A stretch of 64,000 bases of DNA from an uncultured delta proteobacterium (GCA_963716725.1 CAVQUB010000014.1:1-64000); one strand, 5' to 3'. Counted from the stretch's first letter, positions 39,193 through 50,456 are shown. Numbers and translations: made by a program. The notes: generated by a model not told the origin, from the sequence alone.

Positions 39193-41028
39193 GTGAAAGA
39201 GCTGTCGAATTTTCGACAGCTCTTGAGACGCTCCGCGCTCACCTGCGCCGTGCTGGTCGGGTTGGCGAGCGACGGCCGCGCGGCCCCGCCCGAGGGCCGC
39301 ACCATCGCCCTGGGATCGAAAGCTACAGGGCTCACGATCCTGGTCGATCGTGACGACGACGATGGCGACGGCCTGGCGGACTTCGAGAGCGCGAAGCCGT
39401 CGCGGGACTCGCTCGGGGACGTGGTCTGGATCACGACCCCGGCGCGGAGGCTCGACCGCGCCGACGGCAGCGGGGTGCGGTTGATCATCGACGGCAAGCC
39501 GATGATGCCCCAGTCCGCCGTCGGCCGGCGTCTGACCCGGATCGGCCTGCAAGGGATCGGCGCGGGAGTCACGCGGCTCTCGCTCGGCGGCGTCGACGTC
39601 GAGGTGAAGGTGCTCGACCTGTTGGCGCTCGATGGGCTCGGTGAGCGCGTCGACTTCGCGAGTTCGCACGCCGCCCTGAGCCGCTCACTCCCGGTCGAGA
39701 CGACGGATCTCGAGGCGCTGTCCTTCGTGGTGGCCGGCGCGCCGGACACGCTGCCACGTTGGCTCAGCCTCGGGAGCTTTCGCCCCGATGCCACGCCCCT
39801 CGACAGCCTCGGCGAGGTCACCCTCGAGCCGCGTCCTTGTCCTGCCGGTCTGGGGCCGGAGCTCCAGTGTCGCGCCACTGCCCCCATCCGCAGCGTCGGG
39901 GACAGCGCAGATCGCAGCCATCCGGCGGCCTCCCCGCATTCGCTCTTGGCGGAGGTCGGAGGCCGTCTGCTGTTGGGCGTCGACCAGGCGAGCGTGGCGC
40001 TGCGGGTGGGCGGCCCACGAAAGTCCGCGGTCGGTCCCCTCGAGCGGCTTCGCGGCAAGCTCAGGCTTCGGTTGGTGCGCATGAGCGCGGGCGGTGCGCC
40101 GCCCGTCGGGGGCGACGACGCGGGCGCGATCGCCGTCGCCCGGCGCGAGCTTGCGACCGCCAACAGCTTGTGGGGTCAATGCGGCGTCGTGTTCGGCAGC
40201 GAAGCCGAGCTCGACGTGGCGGTGGTCGATCCACCGGGGCCGTATCTGGTGGCCGTCGGTTGCGATCTCGGGACGCCGGCCAGTGGCGGCGAGGTCACGC
40301 TCGTGGTCGACGATCGCGAGGTGCGCGTTCCGACCAAGAGCGGGCAGTCGCCGACGGTGGTCGCGGGCTTGCTGGCCCGGGCCCTGCGGCGCGCCGGATT
40401 TCGCCCGGTGGTCGCAGCAAACGCGCTGGCTTCTCCCACCGCGCTGCGCAGCGTGGACCTGATCGTTCGGCGGAAGAACGGCGATCCGGCGCGCGTCGCG
40501 CTGCCCACCCCCCGCTCCACCACCGATGCCACCCTGCGCGTGTGCATCGGGGCGGTGGACCTCTCGGACGGGCTCAGCCACTTCAGCGACTTTGATGCCG
40601 TGGCGGGCACCCTCGAAGAGCGAACGCTGCTGCGCGCCTTCGACGACGGCGATCCGACGACCATCGAGGTCTTGGTCGTGCCTTCCTTCTCGCGCGCCGG
40701 CCGCATCGGCGAGTCCTTCATCTTCGGCGAAGGCGCTGGCGTGCGCAACGCGGTGATCGTCGACCGCGCGGGCGTGCGCGCCGGCGCTCGCTCGTTTGCA
40801 CTGGCGCACGAGCTCGGCCACATTCTCCTGGATCTGCCCGGGCATCCCGATGACTTTGGCGTGGACCGCCCGTCGCTGCTCATGGACGCGGACGCGACCG
40901 ATGCATCGGTCTTCGGACCGCGACGTCTGACCCTGGCCGACTGCGAGCGCGCTGTGCGTCAGAGTGGCCCGAAGGCGCCGGTGCCCTTGCTGCGTGCGTG
41001 GCCCATGAGTCGGGCCACTGGGCGCTGA
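39193..41028 (+). CDS. Exported protein with a zinc-metallopeptidase motif
   Basis: Signal-like N-terminus, DRDDDDGDGLAD, LAHELGHILL...H...LLM. Start uncertain. Confidence 0.7.
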   Translation: MKELSNFRQLLRRSALTCAVLVGLASDGRAAPPEGRTIALGSKATGLTILVDRDDDDGDGLADFESAKPSRDSLGDVVWITTPARRLDRADGSGVRLIIDGKPMMPQSAVGRRLTRIGLQGIGAGVTRLSLGGVDVEVKVLDLLALDGLGERVDFASSHAALSRSLPVETTDLEALSFVVAGAPDTLPRWLSLGSFRPDATPLDSLGEVTLEPRPCPAGLGPELQCRATAPIRSVGDSADRSHPAASPHSLLAEVGGRLLLGVDQASVALRVGGPRKSAVGPLERLRGKLRLRLVRMSAGGAPPVGGDDAGAIAVARRELATANSLWGQCGVVFGSEAELDVAVVDPPGPYLVAVGCDLGTPASGGEVTLVVDDREVRVPTKSGQSPTVVAGLLARALRRAGFRPVVAANALASPTALRSVDLIVRRKNGDPARVALPTPRSTTDATLRVCIGAVDLSDGLSHFSDFDAVAGTLEERTLLRAFDDGDPTTIEVLVVPSFSRAGRIGESFIFGEGAGVRNAVIVDRAGVRAGARSFALAHELGHILLDLPGHPDDFGVDRPSLLMDADATDASVFGPRRLTLADCERAVRQSGPKAPVPLLRAWPMSRATGR

Positions 41029-43047
41029 TCACTCCGGCACGCCGATTTGGGTGAGCTCGGTGCCCGCAGCGTAGGCGTAGCTGACGTAGGCGTCGAAGCC
41101 GTCGACCAAGACGCCGACCGGCTCGTCGGCGTCGACGCGGTGCACGCCGTCGTCCTGAATGCCTGCGCTGACCTTGTCGAGCTCTTTCGTGGGATCGATG
41201 ACCGGGAAGCTGAGCTGGCAGCGATAGACGACGTAGGGCGGCAGCGGGCTGCCACGCGCTTCGGCGTCGAGGCCGTCGCCGGGCACCATGGAGCAGGCCG
41301 CGATCTCTTGCACCGGCTTGCCGTCGAGCACCACCGCAGCGCTGGGCGATGCGATGATGCGCACGAAGTCGAAGTTGTACTTGTCGGGGGTCAGAAAGAC
41401 GTAGGACCGCCGGAACTGCTCGACCGGTGGCAGGATGATGCTGCTGGGGTCACCGCCTGGCAGCCCTCGGGGCACGCCGCCGTCGTCCTGGCTGGCCGAC
41501 ACGCTCTGGAGCATCACCGGCGCGTCGCTCTCCAACAGGAACTCCCGGGTCGACGCCAGATCCGCGTAGGAGCCCCGGGTCTTCAGCGTCACCGTCGCGA
41601 GGCTGCCGCCCAGGGTGGTCTTGATGGTCGCGCCGGCCTCGGTGACGGCGATCACTCGGAAGTACTCGGGCTGCGAGACGACGCCGATGCTGGCGCCCGC
41701 GGCGGCCACCATCTGCGAACGGTTGGCCGAGATGGTCGCCACGAAGTGCGTTCCCGCAGTGCGGATCGGATCGAGCTGCTCTTCGAGGTGATCGGCACAG
41801 CAGCGGCGCTTCGAGAGGTTGTCGAAGAAAGGTGAGTCACTGGCTTCGTTGCCGCTGAAGACCACCACCGGCTGATCGGCCCACACCACCGAGCCGGTGA
41901 AGTCCGCGTTGAAGTCGTCGGTCTCGAGGTTCAGCACGTCGAAGGGCCCGAGCACGTGCTCGACGACCCCGCCCTTGGCGGTGGTCGGCACCGGTCCTCC
42001 GCCGATGATCCCGGCCTGAGTCTCGATCCGGACGGTGGTATTCGGGCGGGTGCCAACGATGGTCAAGAATGCTCGCAGGTCGATGGGATTGGCCGGATTG
42101 AAGTTCGTATTCGGATCGTCGGTGCTGGCGATGGTCTGGGGCCAGCCGAGGACCACGTAGGAGCGCACGAGTTGCCCTCCGGCGTTCGACAAGGCCTCCA
42201 CCGGCTTCAGGAGCGAGGCGTCGTTGGAGAACACCGCGGCGTTGAAGAGCGGGTTGAACTGGTAGGCGACGACGGGGAAGTTCGCGCTGACACGGTAGGC
42301 CGCTCGGGTGAGCGCGGTGTGGGTGCCGGTGTCGAACTCGCCGGGCGGCGAGCCGTCCACTTCGCGCGGACCGAGCTGGAAGACCCGCAGCGACATCGGT
42401 GGGATCTTGGCGGTGGCCACGTTGATCGGCGCGTTGGTTTGGCCCGGGGCGCTGTCGTCTTGCTCGATGCTCACTTCGGCAAAGACGTCGGGTTGGGGAT
42501 TGGAGACCACGACCGCGAACTGCTGCGCGGCGGCGTTGAGCCCGGCGCCGACATTGGCGTTGTCGAGGTCCACCGCCCAGTACTCGCAGCCGACGTTGCT
42601 GCGCTCGACCTTGGCCTTCGAGCAGAGCTGGGTGCACTGGCCCGAGCGACAGGCAACGCCCTGGGTCGTGTCGCAGGCGTCGCCGGGGCTCTCCGCGTCG
42701 CCGCTCGGGTCGCAGAGCACGGTGGTCTGGCCGTCGCAGCGCCGCGAGTTCGGGACGCAGTGCTTGCACTGCCACTGCTCGGCGACGCAGACCAAGCCCT
42801 GAGCTGCGCAGTCCGTGATGGTGGTCCAGATCGGGCCGTTTTTGCTGCCTTCGCAGCGTTCGACTCCGCTGGTGCAGCGCATGGACCCCACGCTGCACAT
42901 CGGAGTCGGGCTCGTTCCGTCCGAGAGCCAGCGGTCGGCGCGGTCGAAGCCGCAGCTCAGGACGAGCAGGCCTCCGAGTCCCAGCGTGCACAGGCCGCGA
43001 ATCAGACGTCGGAGCTCGGAGCCTGCCGCCCGCCTAGAGATGCGCAT
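41029..43047 (-). CDS. IgGFc-binding-protein N-terminal-domain lipoprotein
   Basis: Lipobox VLSC, SNVGCEYWAVDLDN, YQFNP, SNDASLL, DHLEEQ, YVSYAYAAG. Confidence 0.85.
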   Translation of the reverse strand: MRISRRAAGSELRRLIRGLCTLGLGGLLVLSCGFDRADRWLSDGTSPTPMCSVGSMRCTSGVERCEGSKNGPIWTTITDCAAQGLVCVAEQWQCKHCVPNSRRCDGQTTVLCDPSGDAESPGDACDTTQGVACRSGQCTQLCSKAKVERSNVGCEYWAVDLDNANVGAGLNAAAQQFAVVVSNPQPDVFAEVSIEQDDSAPGQTNAPINVATAKIPPMSLRVFQLGPREVDGSPPGEFDTGTHTALTRAAYRVSANFPVVAYQFNPLFNAAVFSNDASLLKPVEALSNAGGQLVRSYVVLGWPQTIASTDDPNTNFNPANPIDLRAFLTIVGTRPNTTVRIETQAGIIGGGPVPTTAKGGVVEHVLGPFDVLNLETDDFNADFTGSVVWADQPVVVFSGNEASDSPFFDNLSKRRCCADHLEEQLDPIRTAGTHFVATISANRSQMVAAAGASIGVVSQPEYFRVIAVTEAGATIKTTLGGSLATVTLKTRGSYADLASTREFLLESDAPVMLQSVSASQDDGGVPRGLPGGDPSSIILPPVEQFRRSYVFLTPDKYNFDFVRIIASPSAAVVLDGKPVQEIAACSMVPGDGLDAEARGSPLPPYVVYRCQLSFPVIDPTKELDKVSAGIQDDGVHRVDADEPVGVLVDGFDAYVSYAYAAGTELTQIGVPE

Positions 43048-45136
43048 GAAAGATGTCCGTCGCGTGCGCCGTCCAGCCGCGCTCGTCGAGCTGGCGGTAG
43101 CGAAGGTTCCCGTAGTCGAAATCCACGATGCTCGCTCGGGTCACGCTCAGCGTGATCGAGCCCGGCAGCAGGGCGAGCTCGCTGCCGAGTTGGGCCAGGT
43201 TGGGCAGCTTGGTGGCCGTCACGCCGGCCGGGGCGGCGATGATCCAGTTGACCAATCCGCCGCTGCTCTGGGCGACGATCACGGTGAGCTCGACGCTGCG
43301 GCCGCCGGGCGCGGCGCTCCAGGCGAGATCCGTGGCGGCCCACACGCCGTTGGCCCCCGGGGTGCCGAGGACCGGGATTTCGACGAAGGGATCCAGGCTC
43401 ACCACCTGCGCGGTGGTGGTGGTGGCCGAGAGGCCCACGACCGAGCGCGGCGAGGTGCCCGCAATGCCGGTCACGGCGCTGCCGGTGTACACGTACTGGC
43501 TCGACGCGAGACCCTTGATCAGCGGGGGAACCCCCACGAAGGACAGCGGTCCTGTCACCGGCAGGAGCTTCTCCTGAAGACCGACTGGCAACAGGGCGTA
43601 GCCCAGCTCGTTCACGCGCACCGCCACGCTGACCTTGGCGCGGTCGGGGCCCTTGGGCGTGGGTTTGGGCCCGGTCAGATCGATCTTGAACGCGTGGTCC
43701 AGCGGGATGTCCATGTTGATGAACACGTCGCTGGTCACCTTGCCGGGCGACGTCGACACGCCCTTGGCCAAGCCCATGGCGTAGGCCTTGAAGTAGGGCG
43801 GCGATGCCTGACGGTTCTCGATGCCGGCCAGGGCATAGAAGCTCATGTTGCCGGTCTGCGAGCTGATCAAGAAGCTGTAGCCGATGGTGCCGCCGTCCGA
43901 GGGCAACACCGCGTCGGAGGCGTTGGGCAGCGTGAAGGCGTAGGTCGGCGTGCTCGCCAGTGGCAGTACGTAGGCGACGACGCGCTCGTCGGAGCTCTTG
44001 GGATCCGGGATGTTGTTCCAGGCGGCCTTCTGCTCGAACTCCTTCTTGCTCTTCCACACCAGCTGCCCTGTCACCGCGGCGCCCAGAGTGGGGGAGCCGC
44101 CGACGGGTGGCGGATCGCCTTCTTCGGCGCAGGCCGGCGAGAGCACCGGATCGAGGTAGACCGTGACGGTGTCCACCGGAACGTGCACGAAGGTGATGGG
44201 CTGGAAGCACTTCTTGGCGACCGTCACCGTGCGCTTGGGCCCGAGCCCGGTCGCCTGAAACACGGTCACGCCGGAGCCATCGGTCTTCTGCACCAGCGCG
44301 GTGGCCAGGTCGTCGCCGGCGATGGCGGTCGCCCCGGGCAGCACGGTGCCCTCGTAGCCGTCGAGCACGATGACCTTCAGCTGGTCTTTCAGCGGATTGC
44401 CGCTGAGACCGCCCTTGTAGCCGTTGTCGCTGTCGCCGTAGGTGAAGGCGTCGAGCACGTCGACGCTCACGGCGTCCTCGGTGGTGACGCGGATCGGCTT
44501 CGTTCCGGGCGTGCTCTTCGGCGTCTTGCACTCGAGCTCGGTGTCGCTCGTGACCGTGACGTCGGTGCAGGGCAGGAGGTCCACCAGGACCTTCACTTGG
44601 GAGTTCCAGTGGGTGCCCTGCCCGTAGAGCTTGACCAAAGTGCCGCCGGAGGTCGGCCCACTCTTGGGCTCGGCGTAGAAGGCGTCGTACTCGTAGCCAC
44701 CGAGCAGGGTGCGCTTGGTGGAGGCGTCGGTGCCGTTCTGTACGGTCACGTCCACTGGCCCCGCCGCGCCCGGAGGGACCACGACCTGCACGCGCTCAGC
44801 GTCGACGGGCACCAAGTCCGAGCTCGGGATCTCGTTGCCGGCAAACCAGACCCGCGCCTTGCTGTCGAAGCCGTTGCCGCGAACCATCACGGTCTGTCCG
44901 CCGTTCCAGGGGCCGTGCGGCGGATCGACGCCAAGCACCGCGTGGGGATCGGTGGGCGGCAGCTCGCCCTTGGCGTCGCCCGAACTGCCATCGATCACGA
45001 TCGACGGACCGCCGTCGTCGTCCGTCGGCTTCTGAAAAACTCCCTCCGGCTGCGCGAAGCAGCTACCCGCAGCGCCGAGACCGAGGCCAGTGACCGCGAG
45101 CCACAGGCCCAATCGGCGATTGTTCGAGGCAGGCAC
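43034..45136 (-). CDS. IPT/TIG domain lipoprotein
   Basis: AGSC lipobox; two IPT-like repeats (PPHGPWNGGQTVMVRGNGF; PKSGPTSGGTLVKLYG). Confidence 0.85.
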   Translation of the reverse strand: MPASNNRRLGLWLAVTGLGLGAAGSCFAQPEGVFQKPTDDDGGPSIVIDGSSGDAKGELPPTDPHAVLGVDPPHGPWNGGQTVMVRGNGFDSKARVWFAGNEIPSSDLVPVDAERVQVVVPPGAAGPVDVTVQNGTDASTKRTLLGGYEYDAFYAEPKSGPTSGGTLVKLYGQGTHWNSQVKVLVDLLPCTDVTVTSDTELECKTPKSTPGTKPIRVTTEDAVSVDVLDAFTYGDSDNGYKGGLSGNPLKDQLKVIVLDGYEGTVLPGATAIAGDDLATALVQKTDGSGVTVFQATGLGPKRTVTVAKKCFQPITFVHVPVDTVTVYLDPVLSPACAEEGDPPPVGGSPTLGAAVTGQLVWKSKKEFEQKAAWNNIPDPKSSDERVVAYVLPLASTPTYAFTLPNASDAVLPSDGGTIGYSFLISSQTGNMSFYALAGIENRQASPPYFKAYAMGLAKGVSTSPGKVTSDVFINMDIPLDHAFKIDLTGPKPTPKGPDRAKVSVAVRVNELGYALLPVGLQEKLLPVTGPLSFVGVPPLIKGLASSQYVYTGSAVTGIAGTSPRSVVGLSATTTTAQVVSLDPFVEIPVLGTPGANGVWAATDLAWSAAPGGRSVELTVIVAQSSGGLVNWIIAAPAGVTATKLPNLAQLGSELALLPGSITLSVTRASIVDFDYGNLRYRQLDERGWTAHATDIFHAHL

Positions 45137-45197
45137 GACCCACGAAAAGTAGGGTAGGGCCCCGGGCGCCGCAAGGACCGGCGCACAATGGCGCGGC

Positions 45198-47669
45198 TCA
45201 CGCCTCGAGGGCGGCGCCTTCGCTGCGGCTTGCCCCGCTCGGAACGGATCTCTCGGGGCCGCGGATCGCCCGCGAGATTTGCAAGGCCGTGTGCTTGCGC
45301 GAGCCGGCCGCCTCGGTTGGGCCCACGCAGGCCGGGCACCCGGCCACGCAGTCGCAGCTCTCGATCAGTGCCTGAGCGCGCTCGATCAGCTCGTCGTAAC
45401 GCTCGAAGATGCGCGGCGCGAGCCCCACGCCGCCGGGCAGCGCGTCGAACAAAAAGACGGTCGGAGCGAAGCCGCCGGTGCGCCCGCTGAAGGGATCGCG
45501 ACCGGGAGCTCCGTCTTCGCCGGGGGCCGCGCCGTCACCGAGGGTTTGGCTGATGTCCCGCGGATCACACATCAGGGCCAGCGTGCTCACGGTCTCGAGG
45601 GCGCGACCGAGGCCCCGCAGACCGTCCACGATGGCGGCCCGCGGCTCGCCGAGGCCGTCCACCAGCGCTTCGGGCAGGGTGAGCCAGAACGCGGTGGTGT
45701 GCATCTGCATCTCGGGCAGGTGCACGTCGCCGTAGCCCGCGTTCTCGTGGGTGAAGAACTTGATCTTCTTGTAGCCGGTGACCTTCTCTTCCACCTTCAC
45801 GTCGCCGCGACCGATGCGCGCGGGACCGCGCGAGCGGGTTTGCGTTCTCTTCGATCACCAGCACGGTGCGGTAGGTGAGGGCGGTCGTGAAGTAGTCCGG
45901 CTCCACCTTGCGCACGAAGGCCTTGTGGTTCTCGAAGTCGAGACGCTCGACCTGATATTGCTCGCGCGTCGTGCTGGTAGATGGCTTGCTCGTGCAGCAT
46001 GGTGTGGGCAGCGCGCCAGTCGAGCTCCGCGATGCTCTTGTCGGTGGCGACGTCGATGATCACGAAGTTGTCCCAGCCGATGTTGCGCAGCGAGACACGT
46101 GGTTGGCCGGAAACGCCTCGCCCGACCAGTGAAAGCGCGCCGGCTGACTCGTGCACCAGGCCGTGGCCGGCGAGGTACTCCAGCGCGCCTGCGTGTCTCG
46201 GCGTGTCGAGGCCGAGGTAGCGCTCGCCGCTGGCCGGCTCGGGGCGTGCTGGGCGCGAGCCTGCGCCGGTGATGCGGAAGGGCACCTCGAAGGCGGCGCA
46301 CTTGAGGTGCTGGACCAGGACCTCGACGTTGTCCGGGATCGATGCGCGCCTCTTCGGCGCCGGGCGCCGAGCAGGTACTCGGGATCGCGCGCCAGGTACT
46401 GATCGAGGGCGTCGCTCGAGCAGACCAGCAGCGCGATGCTGGTCGGTCGCCGCGGCGCCCGGCGCGACCGAAGCGCTGCCACGTCGCCGCGACGCGAGCC
46501 GGGGTAGCCCGACGCAGACCACCGCATCGAGATCGCCGATGTCGATGCCGAGCTCGAGCGCGTTGGTCGCGACCACGCACAGGATCTCGCCGTCGCGCAG
46601 ACCGCGCTCGATCGGCGCGTCGCGTCTCCGGCAGGTAGCCGCCGCGGTAGGCCATGATGGCGTCTGGGCCGGCGACGTCGCCCGACCGCGCGTCGCGCAG
46701 GTACTTCAGCATGACCTCGACGCTGTTGCGCGACGGCCCGAAGACCATGCGTCGGCACCCGCGCGCGCACCAGATCGGCGGTGAGGTTCACGGCTTGCTT
46801 CAGCGCAGCTGGCGCGGATGCCGAGCTCCGCGTTGACGATGGGCGGGTTGTAGACGAACAAACGCCGGCTGGCCCGCGGCGCGCCGGAGCGCTCGACCAG
46901 CGCGACCTCGTCGGCCGGCACGCCGATCAGGCGCGCGGCGTGCTCGCGCGGATTGCCGATGGTGGCCGTGGCCTGATGAACATCGGGTCGGAGCCGTGAA
47001 AGCGCGCGATGCGCCGCAGCCGCGCGATCACGTGCGCCATGTGCGAGCCGAACACGCCGCGGTAGGTGTGCAGCTCGTCGAGCACCACGTAGCGCAGGCC
47101 CTGGAAGGTCGCGGCCCAGCGCGCGTGGTGCGGCAGGATGCCGGCGTGCAGCATGTCGGGGTTCGTGAGCACGATCCGGCCGCGCTCGCGCGCCGCGCGC
47201 CGCGCGTCGCCGGGCGTGTCGCCGTCGTAGACCGTCGCCGGCAGGCCCAGACCCGCGTCGCGCGATCAGCTCGCGCAGGTTGTGCTCCTGATCGCGCGAC
47301 AGCGCCTTGGTCGGATAGAGGAACAGCGCGCTCGCGGCTGCGATCTTCGGCCAAGCGCCTCGAGCACCGGCAGGTGGAAGCAGAGGCTCTTGCCGCTCGC
47401 GGTGGGCGTGGCGACGACCACGTGCCGCCCGCCTCGCGCGCCGCGGCAATCGCCTCCGCCTGGTGGGTGTACAGCTCGCGGATGCCCCGGGCCGCGAGGG
47501 CGCCGCGCAGGCCCGGCGGCAGGTCGGCGGGAATGGGCGCGCTAGTCCCGCTGCTCTCGCGCGATGCAGCCGTCGGCGGTCGAGGCAGCGCCGAACGTTG
47601 CCGGACTCGAGCCAGCCGGCGACCACGGAGTCGACGCCGCGGGTCTGCCGACCAGGGAGCGTTAGACAT
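45198..47669 (-). CDS. DEAH helicase with DUF1998/Zn-binding C-terminus (MrfA/YprA/Hrq1-like), many frameshifts
   Basis: [57 protein letters not shown] across frames. Confidence 0.9.
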
Positions 47670-47672
47670 CCC

Positions 47673-47686
47673 GAACAACTAAACAG
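47673..47686 (-). promoter_or_regulatory. Operator-like motif CTGTTTAGTTGTTC (LexA-box-like)
   Basis: Ends 3 bp before the helicase ATG; matches the motif at 52016-52029. Confidence 0.45.
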
Positions 47687-47895
47687 ATGTGCGGTAGTGG
47701 ACAAGGGTCCGCGAGGCGTCTGGCCCTGGCGGCGGACCTGTCGTAGTTAAGCGCCGGCAAATGCAGTGACGTGACGGACCCGCCCCGGCCCGAGGAACAG
47801 TAGCGAGGCCGCTTCGGAGCCCAGCGCCGAGGCTGCACCGGAAGTCGTGACCGAGGCGGCTCACGCCGCTCCTCGCTGACAGCGCTCCGGAGTTC

Positions 47896-48675
47896 GTGGG
47901 GTTGGGCGCTCCGACCGAGGGCATCGGCGCCGCGCCGCCGGCCGCGGATCCCACAGCCCTGCCCGAGTCCGCCGCGCAAACGACTACGGCGACCCCGGCG
48001 GCGAACGAACCCGCCAAGCCGCCGCCGACGGCGGCGGAGATCGACGCGCTCCGCCACCGGCCGTCGTTCTTGTTCTTTGGAGTGGTCGCTGCGGTGTCTT
48101 TGGTCGCCGATATCGGCAGCAAGGCCTGGGCCGAGGTCGCGCTCAGCAGGCGCACTTCGCTCGAGCCGTCAATCTCGGTGATCGAGGATCACCTCGACTT
48201 CACCCTCGCCTACAACCGCGGCGGCGCCTGGGGACTCTTGCACGACGCAAACGAGAGCATTCGCCGACCCTTCTTCCTCGGGGTCAGCGTGCTGGCCATC
48301 TTGTTCATCGTCTCGCTCTACAGCCGGCTGGCGCCCAACCAGCGCTCCCTCAAGTGGGGCTTACCGCTGGTGCTCGGCGGCGCGCTGGGCAACCTCTCGG
48401 ATCGCATCACGCGATCGAGCGTGGTGGATTTCATCGACTACCACGCGAACTGGATCGAGAGGATGAACGGCCTGATCGCGAAGTACGCCAAGGGCTGGGC
48501 GGTCACCGATCACTGGCCCACCTTCAACGTCGCCGACATCTTCATCTGCATCGGCGTGGGCTTGATGGCCGTCGACATGGTCACCTCGCGGCGCAAGGCC
48601 GAGCCGACCCTGCCGCCCGGGGCACCTCCGCCGCCGGCGGATGTGCCGACCACGACCGCGTCCGGAGCGAGCTAG
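47896..48675 (+). CDS. lspA: Lipoprotein signal peptidase II
   Basis: YNRGGAWG, GGALGNLSDR, VVDFI, WPTFNVAD. Start uncertain. Confidence 0.95.
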   Translation: MGLGAPTEGIGAAPPAADPTALPESAAQTTTATPAANEPAKPPPTAAEIDALRHRPSFLFFGVVAAVSLVADIGSKAWAEVALSRRTSLEPSISVIEDHLDFTLAYNRGGAWGLLHDANESIRRPFFLGVSVLAILFIVSLYSRLAPNQRSLKWGLPLVLGGALGNLSDRITRSSVVDFIDYHANWIERMNGLIAKYAKGWAVTDHWPTFNVADIFICIGVGLMAVDMVTSRRKAEPTLPPGAPPPPADVPTTTASGAS

Positions 48676-48693
48676 CCGAAGCGCCGGGGACCG

Positions 48694-49611
48694 ATGCAGG
48701 GTCGTCTTTTCACGCTCTTCGAAATCCCGTTTCCGAGCTACTTCGTCCTGCTCCTGACCGGATTCTTGTTTGCCACCATCGCCGGGGCGCTGTGGGCCAA
48801 ACGGGTCGGGCAGGATCCCGACGTGGTCGTCGATCTCGGGCTCGCCATGCTCCTGGCCGGAGTGGTGGGCGCGCGGCTGCTGCATGTGATCGCCGACGGT
48901 TACTTCATGGACTACGTGCACCTGTGCACGGATCCCTCCAAGGTCGATTGGAAGGTCACCCGCGACGAGTGCCTGAGCCCGCGCTACGCGGGCGTGTGGG
49001 ACGCGGCGAAGTCCGTCTGTCACCCGACCGAGACCGACTGCTTCGCCTGGGCAAAGTTCTGGGCCGGCGGCCTGACCTACTACGGAGGCTTTCTGGGCGC
49101 CTCCGCCGCCGCCTGGTACCTGATGAAGCGCGATCGCTTTCCCTTCTGGAAGGCCGCGGACATGGCCGGCATGGTCATTCCCATCGGGCTCGGGTTCGGG
49201 CGCATGGGCTGCCTCTTGGCAGGCTGTTGCTTCGGCACGACCACGTCGGCGCGGTGGGCGATGACGTTCCCTTCCCACAGTCCTGCGAGCGAGTCGCAGT
49301 TCAAGGCCGGGCTGATCGGCTCACCCTTCGAGTCGTCCCTGCCGGTGCACCCGACCCAGGTCTACGAGTCTCTCGCGTCCTTCGCCATCGCGGCGGTGCT
49401 CATCCTCTTCCTGCACGGGCGCAAGCGCTACGACGGTCAGGTCTTCCTGGGCTTTGTCGCGCTCTACGCCCTGGCGCGCTTCGTCATCGAGTTTTACCGC
49501 AGCGACGATCGCGGCGGGCTCTTGGGCCTGTCGACCTCGCAGCTGATCGGCCTCGGGCTGGTCGCCGCGGTGGTGGGGGTCCACACCCGGCTCGTTCGGC
49601 GCACTGGATAG
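48694..49611 (+). CDS. lgt: Prolipoprotein diacylglyceryl transferase
   Basis: GARLLHV, GGLTYYGG, GRMGCLLAGCCFG, HPTQVYE. Confidence 0.95.
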   Translation: MQGRLFTLFEIPFPSYFVLLLTGFLFATIAGALWAKRVGQDPDVVVDLGLAMLLAGVVGARLLHVIADGYFMDYVHLCTDPSKVDWKVTRDECLSPRYAGVWDAAKSVCHPTETDCFAWAKFWAGGLTYYGGFLGASAAAWYLMKRDRFPFWKAADMAGMVIPIGLGFGRMGCLLAGCCFGTTTSARWAMTFPSHSPASESQFKAGLIGSPFESSLPVHPTQVYESLASFAIAAVLILFLHGRKRYDGQVFLGFVALYALARFVIEFYRSDDRGGLLGLSTSQLIGLGLVAAVVGVHTRLVRRTG

Positions 49612-49649
49612 GGTTGGCCCGGATCCGCGGCCTACCGTACCATCCAGGC

Positions 49650-50456
49650 ATGCGTTGCCGTCTGGTTGGGGTCCTCTCGCTCGTCGTCGCCGGCTTGGCC
49701 TGCTCGCCCAAGAACGACCGACCCGACAACGCCAACCTGGCCTGCGACTCGGGCAATTGCGTCAAGCCCGGTCCCGGGGGCGGCGGCGGCGGCAGCGCGG
49801 GGGACGCCGGCGTGGGATCCGACGTCGAGATCGACGCTCTCGGTGGTGTCAGCGTGACCGGGTCCATCGTCGAGCTCACCGGCGACGACTTCTACAACGC
49901 GATCCCGTTCACGGCTCAGGCGACGGTCAGCCTCGAAGGCGCGGCAGGGCTGCCGGTCGAGGGCGCGTACTCGGGCTCGACCTTCATCGTCCATGGTGCC
50001 GCCGCGGGCCCGGGCGTCTGGGCCACGGTCACGCCCAAGCCCACGGGCATTCTGCCAACGATTCAGCCCGCCGATACCAGCGCTGCTTCCCTCGAGCTGG
50101 TGGTGGTTCCCGCCACCACCATCGACACCATCTACGCCTTCCTGTCGGTCCCGGAGCAGCGCGAGATCGGTGCGGCTCACGTCGTGGTCCGCTTCCTGAA
50201 CGCCAAGACCGGCGTGCCCATCATGGGCGTCACCGTCTCGCACGGCGCCGACATCGTCAGCTACGACACGGGCGGTTCCTGGAGCGACACGGCGCCGGGC
50301 AGCGGCGCGGGCGGCTACGCCGTGATCGTGAACGTCTCCACCGCCAAGACTCCGAACCAACAGACCTTCAAGTTCAACGCGCCCACCGCGTCCGCCGGCG
50401 TCAGCCTGCTGGTGCAGCCCGACAGCGTGACTCTGGCCGACGTGCTGGTGGACTGA
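49650..50456 (+). CDS. Putative lipoprotein
   Basis: Lipobox GLAC, poly-Gly linker, beta-rich domain. Confidence 0.75.
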   Translation: MRCRLVGVLSLVVAGLACSPKNDRPDNANLACDSGNCVKPGPGGGGGGSAGDAGVGSDVEIDALGGVSVTGSIVELTGDDFYNAIPFTAQATVSLEGAAGLPVEGAYSGSTFIVHGAAAGPGVWATVTPKPTGILPTIQPADTSAASLELVVVPATTIDTIYAFLSVPEQREIGAAHVVVRFLNAKTGVPIMGVTVSHGADIVSYDTGGSWSDTAPGSGAGGYAVIVNVSTAKTPNQQTFKFNAPTASAGVSLLVQPDSVTLADVLVD

